DNA from: Dipteris shenzhenensis
Taxonomy: Eukaryota
Assembly (NCBI GenBank): GCA_047967505.1
Contig: CM106538.1
Length of the DNA stretch: 64,000 nucleotides
Reading direction: 5' to 3' (one strand)
Below the pieces are notes generated by a model, which saw only the letters and a list, made by a program, of their open reading frames with translations, was not told the DNA's origin and did no database searches. Positions 22,171 through 36,520 of this stretch are shown piece by piece; position 1 is the first letter of the stretch, and every line of letters begins with the position of its first letter. Both the position numbers and the translations under genes were made by a program.

Positions 22171-25100
22171 TTGAGTATGAAGGCTCAATCTTAAACCGAT
22201 GTGATGAAAGTTGTACTATGTTAGCATTAGAAAATAGTTGTGCACGGTGGAAATCCTTCATACACTCACTATTTTGGGGATTTGATATACAAGCTACTTA
22301 CTAGTCCAATAGTATCTTTCCGGTCTTTTGCGGATGTAAATAGAGCTTCTTCATTATATTGTCCATCTAATAGCCTCTCAATATGCAAGGTTAAGGAAAT
22401 ATTGAATCTTGCTAAAGGTTGATTGTTGTCCGCTTTTGTTGCATCTCTTCTTTCATGGACTTCATCTGAGTGTTGTTTATTTGTTGACACTAGAGAACTT
22501 GTGGTTCAAGAGTAGACATATTGTGTTTTTGTATTACCTCTTTGGCAAATTCTTGCTTGTCGATACTTTTTGTCTCATGGACTTCTTCTCCATTGTTACA
22601 AGTTGAAGCTCAAGATTTCTAATCTCTTGTTGTAGCTAGAAGATGTGCTCATGTAGTCTTAAAATGCTTGTAGGCTTCTTCTTCGGTATGTCTTCTAAAA
22701 TTGATTGGTGTAGGAGTAGAGGCAATGGTAGAATATGAGTATATGCTTGTTGAGGTTGAAGCAACAAAGACCTTTGTATTTGATTTCTTGCTCCATGTTC
22801 GCCTTCCTAGGTATCCCTTGGTTGGAACCAACCTTTGAATTGGGTTAGGGAGTCGACCTAACTTAGAGTGATTGAGGAAAAAAGGGGGACACCCCCCTAG
22901 GCCTAGTTTAAGGCCTAAAGGTTGAAGATGAGCAGGTTGGAAAGAAGCTAAGTGGGCTTGAATTGGTGTGTGTAGGCGAACATACAATAGATGTAGGGTT
23001 TGGAACAAAGTCATAGTTTGAAATTGAGCAGGTTTATAGAGGAGATATTGGGTTGGAGCGGGGTTATACGAGCTGAGGAGAAACTTTATGGGATGGAGTG
23101 GAGATGCAGCTATCTGGTTAGAACGAAACACTTAACCTTAAATAACAGAATCAATGTAGTACTAGTTGAGAGAAATATTTCAATCACCCATTTCATAGAA
23201 TAAGAGCTAGTCCAAATGGATGGATTGTCGATATGGATGAAACAAATGTATTGCATTTGCATGTGATATATTATGTCCATAATCCAAGAGGCTAGTAGAT
23301 AGCTTTTTAGAATAGTAACGTATTGTCACATGCATATTACAATTTAATGTATGCTTGCTTATATAAGTTTAGATGCTAGTATTGATACTATTTTTAGAGT
23401 ATTGTCGTTAGTGTGTATAAAGTAAACTAGATAACTTTTAGTATATTGATGTTGAATGTGAAAGCTTTTGCCTTTGATCATAGTGTTTTGTTGAGCAATG
23501 CACTTATGCTATCAATTTGTATTTCCTTTTGATGAAAAATGTAGTCATGTTCCAATGAAACAATAAAATCTACTATATACACATGTTACCCACATGGTAA
23601 TAAAAAGGTCAAAATCTCGAACAATGGGCATTATGGAAGAGGCAACTGAGATTTGAGGACTATTGTAGGTCTTCATTCTCTTGTTTCTCAATGGGCTTTA
23701 CACTTTAGTGGAACTATGAATCACGAAGATCTCTCGCATCTCTCTAGAGTTATATGCCACGTGGCAATGCATGAGTCTTAGATTAAATAGACATTAACTA
23801 AACGTGGATTAGGAAGAGGGTTGAATAATATATTGTAAGATGTCAACCTAGGGTGATTTAAAGACTCGTGATAAATGTATATCGTTGTTGCGCTTTGGGT
23901 TGCCTTGGTGAGATGGTCAATTTAGTCTATGATGCATATTTCTATGCCACTACTTCGACTATGGTAGATCTTCAGTTCATATTTGGTGGTTGATTTGCAA
24001 TGAATGCTCACATACCTCAGCTTATGCATGGGTTTGATATAGCTTCCCCTTCTTTGTTATCTAATGCACTCAATGGTTCTTGGCCTAGAGATCCTATTTA
24101 GTTCATAGGGCATACATCATTACATGTTGTAATTAGACACCAAGAAACCACCTTCCTAGGTGGGATGATGGTGAAGAATGAGCACTCGTTCATGTCTTAT
24201 AGGAGCATTGGTTATACACATGAAAATAGTGCTTTGCCATAGGTTTTAATAATTGAGTTGGTTGATCCAATGTGGAGGACCGGTGGATATTCACGATCAA
24301 GAGTTTTTTGGCATGCTCCATTCTTTGGGATTCTTCATTTTTGTAGTTTGAAATAAATGGAAGCCAAAAATGTATTGTCTCCCCTTTGAATTTCTTGCAT
24401 GGAAGGATGGGATCCCTCTTACCCTTCCTCCACTTTGCAAATCAACACTCGAGTTCTAACACATGCATAGAGCCTCACCTTTAAGGGGAAAATGTAGACA
24501 AGAGCTACTATGAAGGGGCTTCTCAAAAGGTAGAGCTGTGGATTTTAGGAAGAGATTGCCTTAAAGTGGGCCCCCTGGTTGTTTTTTCAGAGATGGCGTG
24601 GTCGCCTCTCATCTAGCATTTGTTGTGCTTTTCTTGACCCATTTTGTGGGTTGGTTGTCCAACCCTCGTAGTTTTATAGAATCTCTGAGAAAAGTTCAAA
24701 CATTGATTAGCCCTTTTAGCCATGTGTCATTACAATGAGTGCCATGTACCATATTCACGATTTATTATTTATAGGTGCATTTTTCTTTTTGTGGGTCTTG
24801 TATTGCATGCTAATATTGAAGGATTGAATATTATGGACATTATTATGTACATATAGAGTACAGTATTATGGAAGAGTGCCATTCAACACTTGCCAAATAC
24901 TTTGTGGGTGAGTGTCATGACCTACTATTAGCAATCTTCACACACGTGTGTACAATCTGAATTAAATGTACTAAGTGAAGAAGGTTTGAAGCATTTTTCA
25001 TGCATAATTAATTGTTAAACTGAGACTAAGTGCACATATAGTCACACTTTTCTAATTTTTTATTTGAAAGGTGCACGTGTATGTAGTCAAGATGCATTAC

Positions 25101-26549
25101 ATTTAATCAAGATTGTGGTTGCTTGAATAAATTGGAATTGCAACATAAAAAGAATCCAAGTATCACAATGCAAAGAATGTTAAGGTGAAGAATAAATATG
25201 ATGCAGTCAATAATTAACTTTCCATAATTTAGTTGTGATTCCATGTTAAAACCTTTAGAAATTGGAAAAACTATCTGAGTTATGTTTTCCCATTGTATGA
25301 AATCATCCTTGTTTTGTTGAAATTCATGGGAGCATGCCCATAACATTAAACTCCTTCAAGGCAGAGCGACCATTGTGGTTAATACCCATGGCTAATGCAT
25401 CTCGCCCTCCCACCCTGTGCCAACTATGCTGCTCACCCATGCCAACTTGTTGCTCACCCATGCCATAGCCCGTTGCCCCATCAGCATCATGCCCTACTAT
25501 TCACCCTTTCCATAGCCTCCTGCTGCTTTGCACACGTCTTATTGCTCACCTGCCTTGCTGTCCCATTGCGCCATAGCCTGTTGTGCCTCTCCTCCCCTTT
25601 GCCTAGCTGTTGCTCATCTCTAACCTTTGGTTTGCCCCTTTTCGCCATTGCCTCTGTTGCCTTTTCACTCAACGTATTGCTTCCCTCTAGTCGTTGCACT
25701 CGCATCTCCATTTTGCTCGTGGCTATTTTGTGCCGCTTTACAGTTACTGTGAGCCAGTTTAGCCCCCCCCCAAACTTACATTTGTAACCTCTCTCTTAAG
25801 CCCAACCTCCTCCCTTCCTCTTGGAATTTCCTCATAATTCTTTCCTTGTGACATTGGCTACCCTTGATCTTTAGTGATGGAGGGTTGTGTGCCCTTTTTC
25901 CCACCATAATTTCAATAAGAAACATGCAAGGAGAAAAACAAGGTAAAAAGAGAAACAATAAGCAATATGGAAAAAGGAGAGGAGGAAGAAAAGGAGGAAG
26001 AGAAGTCAAGAAGCCAACAACTCAAATAGCCCACTTAAGGGAGAGATAGTGATGTCAACAACTACCACAATTGTACTAGTATGAAGATATCTAGTGTGTT
26101 TGTGCAGAAGCTTGTAGCCCCAATAGTCTCAGTTTTAGCCTTAGTTTCAACCTCAACCTTAGCATCAGCATCATTTGCTTCCGACATCATCATCATAATC
26201 ATGGTCCACAGTGCACATCAGCCTCGGCCTTAGCATCATCATTGACATTAGCATCTGCATCAATACCAACCCTAACTTACGTAGCTAGTATGACCTCTAC
26301 AGTGCCCCCTATGCATCCTCACAATACTCTCTCTTTTTGTCACCCCTACCCCTCATCCAACCATCGTTCCCTGCTATTGTTGGGCTCATCTCAGCTACAT
26401 CCATACGTCTCCCCACCATTCTTAGTCTTATGCCATTCCCACCCCTCTGCCCCTATCTCAGATGTCCCCACCACTCTCAGTCTTCTGCCATCCCCAACCC
26501 TCTACCCCTATCCCCTATCACTCAAACTCCATTTATGCCTTATCCATGT

Positions 26550-29500
26550 TCATCACTTTGGGCACATCTGATTCCTCTCGAGGCTTAGGAGCAGCTGGTC
26601 ATGGAGGTTCATCATGTATGTGCATGAGGGATAAAGTAGGATCACTTCATAACCTCAATGTAGCTCCATAAGGAGATTGTGGTCGTACAACAGCCCTGAG
26701 CTATGGTTTAGTAGGTGGAGGCACATATAATTATCATACTGGCGAGTCGTAGACTTTTAGATGGGCAGATGTCATGAAATAGGAGCCTATGAAGGCCACC
26801 ATTTTAGCCACCATCTTGGAGAAGTAGTAGAAGCTAGTAAAGTTCTCTCACAAAATCACCACTCCCATTGAGGATGCGACGACCAACTTCATGGATTCCA
26901 CCCTGGGAGTCCTAGAGCATCAGATTGAGGGCAACTGGCACATAGGACGAGACCTTACTCGAGAGTAGCCACTTAACATTTAATTAAGAGACACTCAAGC
27001 TTGCCTTGTAGCAATACATAGGCATATGTGACGTCTTCATGCATTCCACCCTGGGAGTCCCAAAGCATCAGATTGAGGGCGATTGGCACATAGGACAGGA
27101 CCTTACTTGAGAGTAGCCACTTAAAACTTGATTTATAGACACTTAGGCTTGCCTTGTTGCCTTTTGATGGAGATATGATCTGTATACTACACGGATTTGT
27201 ATAGCACTACCATCGAAAGGCATGACACACTTTAGATTTCTATGGATTTTGATGTGACACCTATCTTGATAGGACCTCTTCACTCCAGTATGCCTACTTC
27301 CCCTTCAAGACCTCACACTTTTCTAGAGACCTATGTGAGAATAGTGAGACTTCCTTGTACGTATACCTATATGTGGACATCATGGATTTCTTGAGTTGTG
27401 GGGAAGTCCACCTTGTTGGAGACATGGGGAAAATACACGATCATGTCATTTCAAATGTTATGGATCATTGGACCTCCTCGGGTGGATTCACTTGCTTTTC
27501 ACATTGGGAGCGAGGGGTCTAGCGTAGTTGACTATCTCATGGGATCCCATGCCTTCACCTCATACATCATTGACTTCTCTCTCTCTCGCCACCATTAGCA
27601 AGAGTTGATCACACCTATCTCTTCTTTAGTATATCCATCCCTTGTCGCACTATGCATACCATGATATTGCCTACACACATTACATATCATGGTGTAGACT
27701 TTGATCATAGCCTCTCCCCTAAGTACTTTGCATTCCTTTCCACTTACTCATAGATCTTGAGGAATATATCTCCTAAAAGATCGAGGTGCTCTAATTAGCC
27801 ACTCCCTCCATCAAGCCACCCTACACACCTTCATGGACATCACCCATCCACTTGCCTCCTACCTCTTGGCTCATTACCCTACAATAGCTGGTAACGATCA
27901 CAATAGTAAGGTTCTACATTGTCAACTCAAATTTGATACTAAGCATCACCTTTCAAATGAGGCAGAGATGACACTTGAGTATTGCCACTTGGTCCACTGG
28001 AAGAAGTAATCTTTCATTTTTTAAAATGAGGAGGAGCCATCAAACATTCTATTTAGTAACAACTCTAAGGATTTCTGGTAGAATTTTCTCAAGCTACGAT
28101 CCCATCCCCTCTCACAGACAATACACTATGGCACTCTTATGCACACACACTGTACATAAACCTCATCTCTCACAGTTACCTTGTCTCACCTCGTGCACAC
28201 TTTTCAGTGCCAGTGGCATCGAACACATAGCTTTGAAGCTTCATAATGGATGCAAATTATATTTTGAGTGGCTGCACTTTGAATAAATTGCATATTAGTC
28301 CACCAAGGTCTATGCATCAATGCTCGACACAGAGGTTTCACTAGTTTACAGAGCTCTAGGGACTCAGGTCACGAGACAAGCAAGCTTTTAGGCTGGTCAT
28401 GTGACTCTAGATCACACTCACACTCAAAGGTATCATTGAGGAGGCCAGAGCATGGAGACAAAGGGTTTATTGCTACTTATATGGATTTTCACAAAGCCTT
28501 GGGTATAGTGCCAAGAGCTTGCCTCATCAGATGTTTGTAGGATCGAGGGTACGATCATGATATCAATGGGTAGTCATGGCATTTTATGAGCGAGTCTTAG
28601 GTAGTGTTAGAATGGGTACATGTTGGAAAAAGGAGATCATGAGCATTATCAGGGTCAAATAGGGTTGTCTGTTATCTCCACACCAACGAGCTTGAGACTT
28701 TCATCTCAGCACACTAGGGGATAGGCTGCTCTCTAGTTGGCTCCTTGATCCATATCCTCCAATATGTAGACAATGTGGTCTACTTGGGGTAGGCTACTCT
28801 CTAGTTAGCTCCTTGATGCATATCCTCCGATAAGTAAACAATGTGGTCTTTACTCTCATCTTCGGCAAAGAGCGTCCAATGACACTTGGATGCACTCCAT
28901 TACTTCTACTTGGCAAAACCAAGGTCATGATCTTCAACACATCTTGAGAAATGATGCATAGAGTGTAGTTCATGCTACATGGAGTATTGGTGGAGGTCAT
29001 TGCAGCCTACACATAGTTGGGGGTTCTTTTCTCTAGCTCAGTTGGGGGTTCTTTTCTCTAGCTCAATTTTCATTATGCAACCCACGATGTAGGCTTGATT
29101 GAGCAAAGGTCAATCAGAGATGTTTTGTGACTTTCCTTCATGAGGCAATCCGCCACCAAGACCATCTCCTCCAGGCACAATGATGAGATCACGGTGCTCA
29201 ACTAGATTCCACTTAGGTTGTCAAAAGTAGGTTCTCTATCCAGTTAGCACATACGAGCGGCGGACCTTGGAGAGATGGTGTAGCTGAGGCTTAGAGCGAG
29301 AGACATGATAGATGCACTAATGGGTAGATACATAGATCAGGCTCTTTCCTCGATGTTCACCACACACAAGAGACACAATTGACTAGTGTGATAGTGGCAC
29401 TTGTCTAGCATAAGGCCACAGCTAGGCGAGTGTAATGGATTGCACACACTGATCATGCCAATGCTCTGTCACATGCTTTAAGCCCCACCGCAACCTTGTA

Positions 29501-29760
29501 CATCGCTAGGAATTGCTTGTAGGCTTGACCCCTCCACTACCATCCAGAGGACCAAATGCATTGATGCCACACCACAACTTCTTTCCTCTCCATGGGAATC
29601 ATACATTTGATGTATTAGTGTTTCTATTTTTATGTTACATGTGTCGGGTGTAGATGCCCATCTACAGACTCCACCCATTAAGGTCATTGTATCTAGTTCT
29701 CAGTCTCATAGACCCTTTGGTCAAAGACATTTAGTTAACTCTCTCTCTCTCTCTCTCTCC
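26550..29760 (+). mobile_element. Highly degenerate RTEX-like LINE (ORF1, endonuclease, RT remnants, 3' end and (CT)n tail)
   Basis: Homology to copy A: GSSVVDYLMGS, IIEEARAWRQRVYCY, DFHKA, VK*GCLLSP, GKTKVMIFNTS; ends CAGTCTCATAGACCCTTTGGTCAAAGAC...(CT)n; ~155-bp internal duplication at ~26890-27160. Confidence 0.8.
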
Positions 29761-29860
29761 CCACCCCCCAATCGGTCCTTTTTTTTAATTGCTTGTTGTA
29801 TCTCTCAGTATTTTCACAAATTGGGTGGTCCTGCAAAGAGACAACATGCCCAACCAACAC

Positions 29861-32800
29861 TTCCTACATTGGTTTTACCACTTGCTCATTAGAGCTCCCC
29901 TCGACAACCCCCCTTAATTTCCCTAATTTCTTTTCCCTCAAACTCCCTTATTCTCCCCTACACATACACTTACACACACTTCCTATTCATTCCCCCTTTA
30001 CTTTTACCTTATTTTTTCCTTCTCGCCCCCCCCTTTTTTCTCCTAATTCTCTAATATCTATTCTCCCTATAGTTCTTTTTTTTGGAAAAAAAACCCCCTT
30101 CTTTTTTAATTTCACCTGACTTTACCTTGACTTCTTCCCCCCTCTTTTCCCTAATTTTCTCCCCCTAAATTTTTCTATTTTACTCTAATCTCCCTAAAAA
30201 CACCTTCCTAAGTTTCCCCTATTCCCCCTAAGTTCCCCTAATTTTCTCCCTACTTTCCCCTATCTCCCTCTAATTTTTCCTAGTTCTTAACTATGTGTTA
30301 CAATCTTTTCTATTTTTCTCCTTTTATTTTACCTTGTTTCTCGATTTTTCACTAATTACCCTACTCTACTTTTCACTAAATTACCCTACTCCTTTTTGTA
30401 CTATGTCCTCTATTTCTCCTTTTTTCCCTTATTAATTCTTTCACCAACTTCTCCCCTATTTTCGCTATTAAACTAATTCTCCCCTATTAGTCCCAAGGCT
30501 CTCTAAAGCCCTTTTTGTCCCCTATGCTAGGCCTACCTATGACCTTTCTACACACTAGCAGCCCTTAATGCTACTCACCACCTGTGCGCTCACGTGCATC
30601 TCCTACCATCCTTCTCTCTTCAGCTTCCTCGGGCTCTTCACCTCCCCGACTTCCCCTGCCCCGACTAGCCTAGCTTTCCCTTTAAATTAAACCCTCTCCT
30701 TCCACTCACCACCTACCCACTACTCTCAGATCTCGCTGCCCATGTTCGCCTTGCCTCACTTCCGTCATTCCTCAAGCCTAGAGCCTCTACACCACCTTAT
30801 ACTAACTTGCCCGCTCCCCAAAGTCCCCCCAACTGTTAAGCACCCTGGCAAAACCTACTCTATCCTTCACCTCTGCCCACTCCTCTACTCACTGTGCACA
30901 AACCCTCCCCCCCACTCCTCTATTCTTTACCTCTACATCATCACCCACCCCCTAGCTGCGGCTCATGACTCGAAAGCTTTCTCAAGCCCTGTGCGAGACA
31001 CACGTGCAACTTGACTCGCCACCCTTCATGACTATGGACTCACAGGTCCAGGGCCTTTTCATCTTTTTTGAAACCACCCCCCCCAAACTTTCCCTCTTAT
31101 TTCAAAAACACCCCCTTAAACTTTCCCTCTTATTTCCCTCTTATCACTCTTATTTCAAACCCCCCCCCCAAACTTTCCCTCTCCCTTCTTTTATAGTTAA
31201 TTTTGGCTCTTTCTTTCAAATCTTTTCCCACTTTAATTTTTTATCCAAACCCCTAATCCCAAAGTACCCTTAGTGCCTTTCTCTAACCTTTTTCTTCCCT
31301 CCTTATCCTTAAATTTTCTCTTTTTTTTGGGCATTTTTTCCACTTTATTTAATCCTAACTTTTCTTTCCTTGTTCTAAATGTCCCCCTCCCAATTTTTAA
31401 ATAAAGTGTCAACCTATTTTCTTTCCCTCCCTTAATTTTTCTTCTAAAAATCCCCCTCTAATTTATTTAAATACATATCCCCTAACTTTCTCCTTATCTT
31501 TCTATTTCTTTATGCTTTAAATTGTCTCTTTTAACCTTCCTCTCCTTCCTTTCATTTCTTATCTCCTTACAAATAAACCCTCGGTCTTTCCCACCTATCA
31601 CACTTTCACCTAACCCCTCCATTTCACCATCCCTCCCCTTATTTTTATCTAAAGGATCTCTATTAACACCTTTTTCCCATATCTTTATTTTTTCATAAAA
31701 CTTAAATTGCTCTTCCGTCTGCGAAAATGCCTCACTAATCAATTTTGCAACTTGCTTTGTAAAGTGCGTTGTTATGTAGATATTTTTTTGTGACTCTAAT
31801 AACAAGGGAGGGGTGTTTATGACACTTGCCTTCCCAACTAAGCTTTAACTAGTTCTTACCACGTTTTTCTTGTTGGATGGTGGCAGGCAGGTAGGCAGAC
31901 TCCCATCTTCAATAAAAGTGATGCTGCCAATGACTTATCAAAGCTTTACTGTTCACATTTTCTCTTTTGGGAGAAATTGTTCGTCCTTTAATGATGCTAC
32001 TTCATTGTTTTTGTGATGTTTATTGCAAAGTAAATCTATTAAACATTTCTCTTTCCTACTCTAAATTTATCTACTCTTCACTATGGAAGGGGGTGTTGTA
32101 AATGTCTACTACACACACATACTTTCCTTTGCAACTTTGGATGGTTGCACATAGGACCTTTAAGTCATCAAGGTCGTTTTTTGGCTTTTTGACTCCGTGA
32201 TTTGACTTGGTTTTCCTCTTTACTTCCATATTGTTCACCTACCTCACTCAAGTACTTCTTCCATTTCCATTATTTTAAATTGCACTTCTCAATACTTCTT
32301 ATTCTCTTCGGGTAGACAGTCGGTTATCACACTCGGTTATCACACTATGTGGTGACCTATTGTCTCACCTAGTGTGTTGTATCCTACTAGGGCAAAGGTG
32401 GGTACACACACACACACACACTCTCTCTTACTATCCCTACCTACATTGGTTTTACCACTTGCTTATTAGAGCTCCCCTTGACAACCCCCCTTAATTTCCC
32501 TAATTTATTTTCCCTTAAACTGCCTTTTTCTCCCCTACACATACACTCACACACACACTTCCTATTCATTCCCCCTTTACTTTTACCTTATTTTTTCCTT
32601 CTCCCCCCCCCCCCCCTTTTTTCTCCTAATTCTCTAATATTTCTTCTCCTTGTAGTTCCTTTTTTTGGGAAAAAAAGCCCCCTTCTTTTTTTATTTCACC
32701 TGACTTTACCTTAACTTCTTCCCTCCTCTTTTCCCTAATTTTCTCCCCCTAATTTTTCCTATTTTACTCTACTCTCCCTATCATCCTTCTCTCTTCAGCT

Positions 32801-34530
32801 TCCTCGGGCTCTTCACCTTCCCAACTTCCCCTACCCCGACTAGCCTAGCTTTGCCTTTAATTGAACCCTCTCCTTCCACTCACTACCTACCCAATACTCT
32901 CAGATCCCGCTTCCCCACGCTCCCTGCGCCCTGCCTCACTTCTGTCATTCCCCAAGCTCGCAGCCTCTGCACCACCTTATACTTTCTTGGCCGCTCCCCA
33001 AAGTCCCCCCCACTATCCGGCGCCCCTGCAAAACCCGCTCTATCCTTCACCTCTGCCCACTCCTCTGCTCACTGTGTGCTAACCCTCCCCCCCGCTCCTC
33101 TATTCTTTGCCTCTACATCATCACCCCATCACTCTGGCTACAGGCTGACAACTGCAAAGCTTTCTCGAGCCCTGTGGGACATAGATGCGATTTGACTCGC
33201 TGCCCTTCACGACTACGGACTTAGAGGTCTAGTGGCCTTTTCATCTTTTTTGAGACCAACCCCCCCCCCCCCAAACTTTCCCTCTTATTTCAAAAACCCC
33301 ACTTAAACTTTCCCTCTTATTACTCTTATTTCAACCCCCGCCCCCCAAACTTTCCCTCTCCCTTCTTTTAGAGTCACTTTTGGCTCTTTCTTTCAAATCT
33401 TTTCCCACTTTAATTTCTTCTCCAAACCCCTTATCCCAAAGTACACTTAGCGCCTTTGTCTAACCTTTTTTCTCCCTCATTCTTAAATTTTCTCCTTTTT
33501 TTGGTCATTTTTTCCACTTTATTTAATCTTAACTTTTCTTTCCTTGTTCTAAATGGGCCCCTCCCAATTTTCAAATAAAGTGTCCACCTATTTTCTTTCG
33601 CTCCCTTAATTTTTCTTCTAAAACTCCCCCTCTAATTTTTTTAAATACCTATCCCCCAACTATCTCCTTATCTTTCTATTTCTTTATGCTTTAAATTGTC
33701 TGTTTTCAACTTCCTCCCCTTCCTTTCATTTCTTATCTCCTTACAAATAAACCCCCGGTCTTTCCCACCTGTCACACTTAACCCCTCCATTTCACTATCC
33801 CTCCCCTTATTTTTACCTAAAGGATCTCTATTAACACCTATTTCCCATATCTTTAAATTTTCATAAAACTTAAATTGCTCTTCCATCTGCGAAAATGCCT
33901 CACTAATCATTTTTACAACTTGCTTTGTAAAGTCCTTTGTTATGTGGATATTTTTCTTATGACTCCGATAACAAGGGAGGGGTGTTTATGACACCTGCCT
34001 TCCCAACTAAGCTTTAACTAGTTCTTACCACATTTTTCTTGTTGGATGGTGGTATAGGTAGGTAGACTCCCCTCTTCAATAAAAGTGATGTTGCCAACGA
34101 CTTATCAAAGCTTTACTGTTCACATTTTCTCTTTGGGGAAATGATGATTTTTTTGGTGATGTTTATTGCAAAGTTTATCTATTAACCATTTCTCTTTCCT
34201 ACTCCAAATTTGTCTAATCTTCACTATGGAAAGGGGTGTTGTAAATGTCTACTACACACACATGCTTTCCCCTGCAACTTTGGACAGTTGCACATAGGAC
34301 CTTTAAGTCATCAAGACCGTTTTTGGGCTTTTTAACTCCCTGATCTAACTTGGTTTACCTCTTTACTTCCATACTGTTCACCTACCTCACTCAAGTACTT
34401 CTCTTTCATTTCCATTACTTTAAATTGCACTTCTCAATACTTCTTATTCTCTTTAGGTAGATAGTAGGTCATCACACTAGGTGATGACCTATCTCACCTA
34501 GTGTGTTGTATCCTACTAGGGCAAAGGTGG

Positions 34531-34565
<35 letters not shown>

Positions 34566-36520
34566 CGCACGCACTTAGTATCCCTTCCTACATTGGTTTT
34601 ACCACTTGCTCATTAGAGCTCCCCTTGACAACCCCCCCTAATTTCCCTAATTTCTTTTCCCTCAAACTCCCTTATTCTCCCCTATGAATACACTCAACAC
34701 ACTTCCTATTCATTCCCCCTTTACCTTCACCTTATTTTTTCCTTCTTTCCCTGCCCCCCCCTTTTTTCTCCTAATTCTCTAATATCTATTCTCCCTATAG
34801 TTCCTTTTTTTGGGAAAAAAAACCCCCTTCTTTTTTAATTTCACCTGACTTTACCTTAACTTCTTCCCCCCTCTTTTCCCTAATTTTCTCCCCCTAATTT
34901 TTTCTATTTTACTCTACTCTCCCTAATTCCCCCCAATTTTCTCCTAAAAACACCTTCCCTAAGTTTCCCCTATTCCCCCTAATTTCCTCTAATTTTCTCC
35001 CTACTTTCCCTCCTCTCCCTCTAATATTTCCTATTTCTTAACTGTGTTACAACTTTTTCTATTTTTCTCTTTTTATTTTACTTTATTTTTCTCTTTTTAT
35101 CTTAATTGTGTTACAACTACCTACCCACTGCTCTCAGATCCTGCTGCCCATGCTCCCTGCGCCTTGCCTCACTTCCATCATTCCCCAAGCCCGCAGCCTC
35201 TGTACCACCTTATACTTTCTTGCCCGCTCCCCAAAGTCCCCCCACTGTTCGGCGCCTCCGCAAAACCCGCTCTATCCTTCACCTCTACCCACTCCTCTGC
35301 TCACTATGCATGCCCTCCCCCCCGCTCCTCTATTCTTTACCTCTGCATCATCACCCCAGCCCCCTGGCTACGGCTGACAACTGCAAAGCTTTCTCGAGCC
35401 CTATTCAACTTGCCACCCTTCACGACTATGGACTTGCAGGTCTAGTGGCCCGTTCATCTTTTTGGAAACCACCCCCCCCCCCCCCCAAACTTTCCCTCTT
35501 ATTTTAAAAACCCCCCTTAAACTTTCCCTCTTATTACTCTTATTTCAACACCCCCCCCCCTCCCCCCCCAAACTTTCCCTCTCCTTTCTTTTATAATTAA
35601 TTTTGGCTCTTTCTTTTAAATCTTTTACCACTTTAATTTTTCCTCCAAACCCCTAATTCCGAAGTACACTTAGCGCCTTTCTCTAACCTTTTTCCTCCCT
35701 CCTTATCCTTAAATTTTCTCCTTTTTTTTGGCGTTTTTCCCACTTTATTTAATCCTAACTTTTATTTCCTTGTTTTAGATGTCCCCCTCCCAATTTTTAA
35801 ATAAAGTGTCCTTAACCTATTTTCTTTCCCTCCCTTAAATTTTCTTCTAAAAATCCCCCTCTAATTTATTTAAATACCTATCCCCCAACTTTCTCCTTAT
35901 CTTTCTATTTCTTTATGCTTTAAATTGTCTCTTTTCAACTTCCTCCCCTTCCTTTCATTTCTTATCTCCTTACAAATAAACCCCCAGTCCTTTCCACCTA
36001 TCACACTTTCACCTAACCCCTCCATTTCACTATCCCTCCCCTTATTTTTATATAAAGGATCTCTATTAACACCTTTTTCCCATATCTTTAATTTTTCATA
36101 AAGCTTAAATTGCTCTTCCGTCTGCGAAAGTGCCTCACTAATCATTTTTACAACTTGCTTTTAAAGTCCGTTGTTATCTGGATATTTCTATTATGACTCC
36201 CATAATAAGGGAGGGGTGTTTATGACACTTGCCTTCCCAACTAAGCTTTAACTAGTTCTTACTACGTTTTTCTTGTTGGATGGTGGCAGGTAGGCAGACT
36301 CCCCTCTTCCATAAAAGTGATGCTGCCAACGACTTATCAAAGCTTTACTATTCACATTTTCTCTTTTGGGAAAAATTGTTCATCCTTTAATGATGCAATT
36401 TCATTTTTTTTGTGATGTTTATTGCAAAGTTGATCTATTAAACATTTCTCTTTCCTACTCCAAATTTGTCTACTCTTCATTATGGAAAGGGGTGTTGTAA
36501 ATGTCTACTACACACACACA
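29861..36520. repeat. Head-to-tail array of three related 1.9-2.6-kb pyrimidine-rich elements separated by (CA)n
   Basis: CCTACATTGGTTTTACCACTTGCT starts units at ~29863, 32440 and 34587; units 1 and 2 end CTAGGGCAAAGGTGGGTA(CA)n; homologous minus-strand ORFs at 31494-31805, 33668-33910 and 35897-36145. Confidence 0.9.

Noticed and set aside
29861-29900. Hammerhead-like spacing at the minus-strand 3' end of array units (CTAATGAG-CAAGTGG-TAAAAC-CAAT-GTA)
   Set aside because: It would need three reversions to CTGATGAG...CGAAAC in all three copies, and stem I has only ~2 bp. Worth rechecking only on a family consensus.
29900-30500. Frequent CCCTAA hexamers suggesting interstitial telomeric repeat
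   Set aside because: Not tandem, and expected from the strong C/T skew of the unit.
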